Of a stretch of 64,000 bases of DNA, positions 55,805 to 64,000 are shown in pieces. Made by a program: the position numbers and the translations under genes. Each line of letters opens with the position of its first letter. The first letter of the stretch is position 1. This DNA is from Schizochytrium sp. TIO01 (Eukaryota; Protista; Bigyra: Labyrinthulomycetes): assembly GCA_004764695.1 (NCBI GenBank), contig SMSO01000034.1, positions 4,340,001 through 4,404,000 on the forward strand, read 5' to 3'. The notes beneath the pieces were generated by a model. It saw only the letters and a list, made by a program, of their open reading frames with translations, ran no database searches and was not told the origin of the DNA.

Positions 55805-58134
55805 CTAGAGATCAACTTCGGTATCGGAATGGGCTGCTGCTCCATTCGCGATCTGGGCTTCTAGGGAGCGGATATGCTTTCTAAGGTCCTCAACTTCTGC
55901 AGCATACGATTGAGCACCCGACTCAAGGAGAGACTTCATTTCCTTCAAGGCTACGTTCTCTTGTAAGAGTGCTTCGAGGCGTTGAGCGAGCTGCAACTTG
56001 ACACCATCATCTGGCTTTGAAGTTGCGGCAGCAGGTGCATGTTGATCGTTAGTCCCTTGGCGTTTGCGCATTAGGCCACTAATAGAAGGTCCCTTTCGCG
56101 ATTGAGCCTGCAAGAGGTCTTGCTCAAGTTGAGCTATTCTTTCCTCAAATTCCCTACGAGTGTTTTCAGCATCAACGCGAGCCTGCTCGGCAGAGTCTGT
56201 AATGTCTTCGAGACGGCGTTTCAAATCAGCACTTATTGCCGTTTCACGAGACAATTGGCCTTTGAGTTCCTTCACAAGAGTAATGGCTCTTTTAGAAGCA
56301 ATTTTATGCTCTACAGTTTGCTCCTCAAGCTGCTTCTCGAGGTTCTCTACGTTCTCTAAAGCTCTTTCCTTGTGTTCTCTTTCTGCGTTGAGCGAAGCTC
56401 GTACAGACAAAAGAGCTTCCTCGGCTTCCGCAGCCCTTTCCTCAGCAGCTTGCCGAGCTTCTTCTGCGGACTTGAGGGAAGCCTCGGCTTGTAAAGCTCG
56501 TTCGGCATCCCGTTCGGCTGTTTCACGAATATTTTTGAGATTTTCCTCCGCCTCTGAAGCACGTGGTCTCAAGGAATCTAGCTCTTCTTCTGCCTTTTGG
56601 AGTGCCTCAGTTTTGATTGCCAAGTCTGCTTGTGAAGAAGCGAGTTGAGATTGGGCTTGTGCTTTACGGCGAGCTGCTGCTTTGAGCTTCTCAGAAACCT
56701 TTTCAAGCTCAGAAGATTGTTCCTTAAGTTTGTTCTCTAAACCAGAATCTTGGTTTGCAGATGTTTGTAGTTTCGTTTCGAGTTCCTTTTTCTGAATCTC
56801 AAGTTCATTCTTTTGAGCTGCAAGATCCTTGGCTTGTTTCTCGAGAGATAAAATTCGAGCTTTGGCGCCTTCGAGCTCTTTAGCTGTAGCTGCTGGCACA
56901 GATGAGGGTACACTTGTGATCTCAAGGGCATCTTTCAGAGTCTTGACTTGCTGCTTGAGGCTAGAATTCTCATCGTTTAAGCGTTGAATTTCATTAGGTG
57001 CTTGTTCATTTGCCTTGAGAGCTTGTGAGACCTTGCGTAGATCTGCATCCTTTTGTGCAATATCTGCACGTGCATCTTTGAGATCGTCTTCAGCTTTGAA
57101 TCGAATCTCCTTCTCTGCCATCATCTGTTGGCTCAATTTGGCCAAATCTTCCCTTAGGGCTGCAAGCTCCACACGTAGTTGCTCCTGGTCATCATCCTCA
57201 TCAACCTCTTCATCAATGTTTCCCACATTTTCTTGGTCTTGGTGAGATTCTTGGTTCTCTGCGCTTCCTTCGAGCACGGTGTCTGAGACTCGCTCCTGCG
57301 AAGTCAGATTATCTACAGGGTCTTTCCCTTGATGGTCTTCGCCTGCGTTGCATTGTGCGTTTGGGGTTTCTTCGAGCTGGTTCTCCTCACCCTGTTTGAG
57401 GTTTCCCATCAGAGTCTCTTCTTGACTTTCCTTTTCATCTTCTACTTGGTCTTCCTTTGCAGCTTCCTGTTGAACCTCCTTTTCAACTTCAATTTGATCA
57501 CCTTTTACACTCTGCTTTGTTTTTTTTCTTGATCATCCTCTTGATCATCCTCTTGATCATCCTCTTGATCATCCTCTTGATCATCCTCTTGATCATCCTC
57601 TTGATCATCCTCTTGATCATCTACTTGATCATCCACTTGATCATTCCCTTGATCATCTACTTGATCATCTTCTTGATCATCCTCTTGATCATCTCTTAGA
57701 TCGTCTTCTTGATCATCTCTTAGATCGTCTTCTTGATCATCTCTTAGATCGTCTTCTTGATCATCTCTTAGATCGTCTTCTTGATCATCTCTTAGATCGC
57801 CTTCTTGATCTGGGTGTTTGTCCTCACCTTCCTGTGCATCTGCATCTTGATCCTGGTCCTGGTCAGAGTCATTTACCTTGTCTCCATTCTCAGTTTCAAT
57901 ATCTGACGCATTTCCACTTCCTTCTTCATATTTATCGCTCTTTATATCCTCATTTTCTCCTTCGCTTTCCTCGTTGTCGTTTGATTTGTCCGTATCATCG
58001 CCAGCACCTTCAGGCGCAAGAGCTGTAGCAGCGGTCTCGTCGGTCGTTGCCTTGAGAGGGACATCATCTCCAGCGACATCTGCATCGACAGCTGTCTTCT
58101 GGTCTTCACCAGCGTTCTCCTTCCCCGCAGACAT
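55805..58134 (-). CDS. Acidic N-terminus plus long coiled-coil protein (golgin/GRIPAP1-like); -1 frame break at an A8 run near 57525
   Basis: After GAA AAA AAA the -1 frame reads TKQSVKGDQIEVEKEVQQEAAKEDQ... directly into ORF 55805-57409, which has heptad coiled-coil character. Confidence 0.7.
57529..57810. repeat. Coding minisatellite: 12-bp units (EDDQ, ~13 copies) adjoining 24-bp units (LRDDQEDD, ~5 copies)
   Basis: TTGATCATCCTC and TTGATCATCTCTTAGATCGTCTTC repeats. Confidence 0.95.
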
Positions 58135-58809
58135 CGTGGCAGTCGAACCTCGCACGAAATATCAATCGCTCGGAGCTGCGCAGGAGCAGCTTTCTGCGAG
58201 AACAGGTCTGCTGTGCATTCATTCATTTTGAGCGCTTCGCAAATCTTCAACAAATCCAGCCCTTTCTTTCTCTCCCCTTATTCCACAGTGAGAATCAATC
58301 CTCTACTATAGGTTTTACCGCATAACTCACTTACAGCTGTCACTTACACAAGTTTATAGCAGGATATGAGCAGCATTGTAATATTCTGCACGCATTAGTT
58401 CGATACAAGTCATTGCATAGTAGCCCTGATTAGACAGAGGGAACCGAAGCGCTAGACGGGAAGAGAGTCCACTGTGAGAGGCGATTCTTTTGGCTGCCAG
58501 TTTGTTTCACTTTGTGCGATATGTTTCACTTTCGGGTTTGTAGTTATAGTAGACTATAGGTTTAGTTGTGTTTTGTAAAGTGCGGTCAATAGGCGCAAAG
58601 AAGAGAATGGCTCATACATTGCTTGTGAGTATGTAATACGGGGTTTATGGACAGACTCGTAAAACATAAGGGGAACTGTGGCACTTGTAGGAAAATGGCA
58701 TGGAGAAAAGGAGCAGGTCTGAGGAGGTCGAAAATCGCTGGAGCCCAGAACGGGAATTGAGGACTAAACAGCAAACCACCGTCGAAGCTGTCCACATTGG
58801 CAGGCCAGG

Positions 58810-60824
58810 ATGCCGGTAACTCCGAGATTTGTGCTGCACCAGGACGACGACTTTGTATACGTCGACATCCGCACGCCGTACGTTCGCGTGGCGGACTTAG
58901 AGTACACGATTGACGGACCTGCAGTCTCGTTCTACGTCAAGCCATACCTGCTCAAACTTAACCTCCCGGGCGCTGTTGAGGACAATGATCGCACGAAAGC
59001 GGAGTATGATCCAATCAAAGATAACGGCACTGTGACCTTGCATTTGCCCAAACGTGAAAAGGGCAAGCATTTCGAGGACCTCGACCTTCTCACTAAATTG
59101 CGTCAACCAGCAAAGGCTCGCGCAGTCAAACTCGACTCTGCAGCGACGCCTAAATCCGAGACAGCTCGAGCGCCACAGCAGCCTCTCCAGCGTGATGCCC
59201 CTGGAGCTACAGGCCCTTTAATTCAGGTTCTCAGCTCACTCAACTTCGACGATACTCCTTCAGCCGAAGAAAACGGAGACGACCAGCAAACCACTTCTGA
59301 AGACGCTAAACAAAAGATCCCGACAAACAGTTCTACTAATGAAGAGGCGCAACAGGGTCAATCTTCTGCATCGGAGGAGTACCTTGCCAGTCTTTTGGAG
59401 AAGGCAACCCTTGAGGAGAGCAATGGTGGTGGTAAACAAACAAGCCAAGCCCCGAGTTATGAGGAAGATGCAGCGCACGATATTGAGGTTGACTTTGAAA
59501 AGCCAAAGTACGGGTTTAACCATGGGTTTGATGGATTCTTTAATGACATTCTGACAGAGTTTCCCGAGCTTGTTGACCTGCCAGATCCTGATAACGCTCT
59601 TGAACCTGTTCGTCGTGAAAAGCGAGTTGAGGCAGAAAACGAAGCCTTTCATGTAGAACGCTACCTTGCCGATCTTGAAGGAGCGTCTGAGGATCACATC
59701 TTTGAGGCTGCTCTAAACTACAAGCTCCCTGAAGATTTTGGAACATCTGAGTTCACAGTCGAGGAGCAAGAGCAAATGTTGAAGCTCCGTAACCGAGAGT
59801 TTCTTCCATTTTCAAAATTTGAGCAAGAACGTGCTCTTTGCTCAATTCTCGACATTACACTTGGTTATTTGTATGACATGCGCACAACTCAGGGAGAGCA
59901 CAATGTGGAGTCAGCGTGGACTATTCGTATATTGAGCCCTACTTTGTCATGGCTTGAAGGGTCAGCGGTAAGTACACGGAGGAATATAATTCTGGAATCC
60001 TGGGAAGTTCTTCAAACATCGTTGCGAGGTCGTGCGATTGATTGAAGTTACGAACTGTGGTGCTAATAAAGTTGCACACTGGACAAACGATTTGTATGAC
60101 TAATATTTTGGAATTTGTTTAAATGTCACGTCAACTACTACAGGACCTTGGTGAAACTGTTCGCAGCAACGTCCTTCGGAGCATTATCTACCCATACCTT
60201 CGTCATTTGTCTCTGGCACGCAAGGTGCTCCTTGATGCTGTAGAGGTATTAAAACAAGGAAAACGCGGTCTCGTGCGCTGTATCTTAGATGTTCATCGTA
60301 TTTTTGCCCGCTCTGACATCTTTTATCTTCATAACCGCCTGTACATTACTGATATGGCGGTTTGGATTCAGCAAGTTGAGACCAGCGTAATGGAGGAATT
60401 TTGCCAGCGCGCTATCGCATGCGCATCCTTTTATGCACGTGATCCATACGAGGCCTTGCGTTGGGATTTGCGTCAGCTTGAGGCTGATTTTGGTGTAAAC
60501 CAGGAAAGCAGTGATGATGACGACAGTGATAGTGACGACAGCGACAGTAGCAGTGATGATACAGAATCGTCCTCCGAAGAGGAACGAGACGGCAGTGAAA
60601 GCGAGAGTGATACAGAAGAGGAAGATGAAAAAGATGCTGTGGCAAAAAAATCTACCGAGGAGGTTCTTGAAGTTCTCGCCGAAAAGAGTAATGAGGAGGA
60701 GATTATCACTGTAGAGCCAAAGGCGAGCGATACCACGCCTCCTCCAGCTCCTAAACCGAAACTCATTGAGGTCTTAGAAGAGACAACGATTGAGGAAAGC
60801 GACGACCTTGAAAAGGAACAATAA
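58810..60824 (+). CDS. SHQ1: H/ACA snoRNP assembly factor SHQ1; exons 58810-59967 and 60144-60824
   Basis: CS domain start TPRFVLHQDDDFVYVDIRTPYVR and motifs KYGFN, GEHNVESAWTI and RSIIYPYLRH. Phase-0 intron 59968-60143 has GTAAGT...TGACTAAT...CAG. Confidence 0.92.
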
Positions 60825-61648
60825 AGTAAATAAGCAATACTCCTTATGCTTGGTTTACTATGATAATTAAACGTTCCTAAACCCTTAACTACTTAAATAT
60901 CTAAACATCTAGAGAAGAAGAGAAAACACACAACTAGGTTGCTTCCTTTCTCTGCTTGAGTAATGTTGTGTTCCTACTTTACTATTGTAGCTATATGGAT
61001 GTTCGGTTATCCTTTCTGAAGCATTGATTCTTCAAAGTCCTGGTTTATAGATGTGACTTTCCAATAACAATATACCAATTCAAAAATTCTCATTTGCATT
61101 TTCCAAACAGCAGGTTTGATAGACCTTCACAGAGAGAAGCTAAACTGGTGTACAAATTCCAGCTTTTGACTTCGGAATTCTTGTCATTGTCATACTTTTC
61201 TGTTCGCCTCGGTTGCATGAAACTAGTAAACATACATGGAATCCTCAGCCGTGCACCTCGGTTCCGTGGCACTCTCTTTACTTACCGAAACAGCAAGCGA
61301 AGAATTGAAGCAACTAGGTGATCGAGCGCGTACGCCGACAAGAATACTGTCAAAGGCAGCTATATAGAAGCAAACAAAAAGGAAGAGCACAAGTAAAAGA
61401 CAAATGGAAAAGCTAGCTTTTCTTGAGTATGTATGTGTGATCTAGTGACACGAAAATATTAATGCTGCGCGAGAGGTACTGTGTATGTGTCGCTGCACAA
61501 GCGAGCGACAGAGCGGAAAAGCGATCTCAAAGGGTCGCTTAGGAGGTGTTTGTATATGAAGAGTCAAATGGTCAATCATAATCGCCGAGAGTGGATGAAT
61601 TGAAAATGAATGAGTAAATGGCTTGGTAAGATGCAGGTCGCACGGAGA

Positions 61649-61894
61649 CTACTTCTTCCCCGTGACCTCTTTCGCAAGTTCTTTGCGAACATCAGAAAGA
61701 AAGCCAAGGAAGTTGGTGCCGCCCTCCTTGAAGTTCTCGCCGGCCTTCACGCCGTTCTCAGCGACAAACTTCTGCGACTTGGTCACGTTTTGGTGGGTCT
61801 TGTGTGCAGCGCGCATGAAAGTCTCAGACTGCGCAAGGCGCTTAGTCACGATCTCGTTCGCGAGCATCTGGGCAATACGCTGGAAGAAAGACAT
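61649..61894 (-). CDS. Small 81-aa protein, NCBP2-AS2/Mrx7-like, possibly mitochondrial
   Basis: MSFFQRIAQMLANEIVTKRLAQSETFMRAAHKTH with strongly biased codons. The family call is tentative. Confidence 0.6.
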   Translation of the reverse strand: MSFFQRIAQMLANEIVTKRLAQSETFMRAAHKTHQNVTKSQKFVAENGVKAGENFKEGGTNFLGFLSDVRKELAKEVTGKK

Positions 61895-62371
61895 CTTGAA
61901 AGAACTTGAGCTTTTGTGCTGCTGCGGTCTTAACCTGGTCGTCAACCTTTCGTTTCGTGTCTGCAAACAACCTTGATTCGCGGAATGCCGACCTAAAGCA
62001 CGCGATCGCCAGCCGCCATCTTTTCCCGTATTTCCGCATAAATATGCTTCCGATGCCGGAATTCCGTATTTATTTTGATGAAGTCGCTTTTCCTCTTTCA
62101 CTTTTCTTTCTTACTTCCTTCTGGAAGGGAGAACTGCCCAGAAACTCCGTCTTCCCCATCCGACAGCAGTCACGGATATCCGGGGATTGTACGAGATTTG
62201 ATCGGATTTCCGGGAGATAAAGACTGTAGGATTTCCGGGTAAGCAGGAGGAATTTCGGGACAATAAAACTACGAGGTTGAGGGCTTTGTGAGTGAATGTG
62301 AGGCGAGGATAGATCAGGAATTGCGATTGGTTTGCGGGTCTGCGCAGAGGAACTGCGGCCCTGCTGCGAGG

Positions 62372-62902
62372 ATGGACGAAATTGAAGGCGCCGAGGGCGT
62401 TCGGAAGGCGATTGTTGATGCTCACAAACAAGCTGCATGGCTGGACGAGGAACAGTCCAAGGTCGAAGGTGCCATTGAGGCATATGAAGACCTTATTTTG
62501 CATGCGAAGGCGTTGAAGGAACGTGTGCAAGCTCAAAAACGTGCCAGAGATGAGATGAAGAAGCAGGAAAATGCTCAAGGTCCATCAAGTGTGAATAAGC
62601 GCAACTTGGACGACCGCCCTGAAGCCCTTGTGGATCTTGGCTGCGGCGTATTTTCCAAAGCCCGCATCGATGAACCAGAGCTCCTCAGTGTATGCATCGG
62701 CGCTGGAGTCTATGTAGATTTGACTCTCGAGGAGGTTGAAAAGGTTGTCAACCGTCGGATTTCACTGCTGAGAGAGGAGTGTGCCATGTGGATGCGTAAA
62801 CGTGGAGAGGTCTATGGGCATGAGCGGATCTTGCAGGAGGCGCAGCAGATTCTTAATTATGTTTCTGGTCTGAGCGATGAGGAGAGGCAAGCGCTGATGT
62901 GA
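62372..62902 (+). CDS. UXT: Prefoldin alpha-type subunit, UXT-like
   Basis: LVDLGCGVFSKARIDEPELLSVCIGAGVYVDLTLEEV between two coiled-coil helices. Likely ATG at 62372. Confidence 0.75.
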   Translation: MDEIEGAEGVRKAIVDAHKQAAWLDEEQSKVEGAIEAYEDLILHAKALKERVQAQKRARDEMKKQENAQGPSSVNKRNLDDRPEALVDLGCGVFSKARIDEPELLSVCIGAGVYVDLTLEEVEKVVNRRISLLREECAMWMRKRGEVYGHERILQEAQQILNYVSGLSDEERQALM

Positions 62903-64000
62903 TGGTTTTTAGGATATATATTCAGATTTATTCCGGATATGGAAATCCCTGTGCCCGTGATTATTGAGTAAATGTTGCCTTTTACAAGGAGGAAGACAAA
63001 AATAGTTTTTCTACAAGCATTGTTGCTGTTGATTTCATATTCGAAATGCAGCATACCTTAGTTTTAAGGTCAAAGACTAAATACGGTGGCTTTCTTGATG
63101 CAAAGATTTATTGTCATCTTGAGTGATCTTGCGACCTCCTTACGTTTCTTCACTAGATTTTTAAAAAACATGTATTTGTAACTTTTTTCTTTGTTTCCAT
63201 CTGAATTTGTCAATTACATCAGGAGCAGCTGTTATTGCCAAGACGTGAGACGTTGAAGAATTTATTGATAGTTGCTCTGTGGGGGTGTTGGACAGATGGC
63301 CGGTTTGAGCTATGTCAATTGTTTGACGAGGAAGAGAAAGTCTAGTATGAAAAAGAACGCTCGCGACTCCTAAAATTTGACTGGGTTAAAAAAAAATAAA
63401 ACACGTACTCATTGTTTGTTTGTTTGACTGTGTGAGCCAGTGAGTTCTTCAATCCAAAACAGAAGAAAGAGAGAAATCAAGAGAAAACATGATAATGAGA
63501 ATCAAAATTGATGATTTGCAATGATATCTATATGATGGTATGCACATATCTAGGGTGTGTAGTCAGTGAACGAATCGACAGCAACAATTCGAAACACATG
63601 TAGTATATCTGGTGATCTGGAAATCAGTGTAATTCCCGGATAAACGCTAAAGAGTGCCTTTCGTTGGAAAAGACTTGTGAATATGTTTGCTGTGTTGCAC
63701 AGATGAGGGCCAATCATTCAATCGCTGTAGCGCCAAAAGGTAACGGAGCAGACAATATCTTTGCTTGCATGTATCTCCTAGTCCCTGCTTCATTTAAAAA
63801 GTATGATAAACCGTCTGTGACTAGGCGTTACGAATTTAGCAGAACCTTTCTCTTGAAAAACCAAAACAAAACGACAAATTGGTATGTGCAGAAATTAGCA
63901 CCTGTACTGCAAGAGTGCATTTTTTATTTCTGTCCAGATTAAGGTGATGATTCCTCGCATAATTATCTCCTAGCCTTTATTAATGTGACGACTCCAGGCA

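Noticed and set aside
57529-57810. Regular repeats that might suggest a CRISPR array
   Set aside because: Head-to-tail coding repeats with no unique spacers, in a eukaryotic gene, with no cas genes nearby.

Overview
Intron-poor eukaryotic genomic DNA. Gene style, GT-AG introns with GTAAGT donors, (AAAG)n/(TGAA)n tracts and flagellar genes suggest a flagellated protist, plausibly a thraustochytrid/labyrinthulomycete stramenopile; this is inference only. About 16 protein genes are supported: a 5'-truncated SANT/polyQ protein, two tandem paralogs resembling catalytically eroded CMC-type (Plavaka/CACTA) transposases, a three-exon roadblock-like gene missed by the ORF track, an adrenodoxin reductase-like flavoprotein, ARL2BP, a 2414-aa protein with ~19 SAM-like domains, a TPR protein, a ~2980-aa myosin with degenerate switch motifs, an unknown protein, an AGC-type pseudokinase, RSP3, a coiled-coil protein, SHQ1 (one intron), a small NCBP2-AS2/Mrx7-like protein and a UXT-like prefoldin. 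A decayed Fanzor2/TnpB remnant with downstream hairpins lies at ~25.8-26.3 kb. Six reading-frame breaks split otherwise continuous genes and are most simply assembly indels. The main leads are: (1) the poly-SAM protein and the probably inactive myosin share the same SAM variant and C-terminal SH3/KOW-like module; (2) the possibly domesticated transposase pair; (3) the Fanzor relic. All family calls come from recognising motifs by eye, not from database searches.
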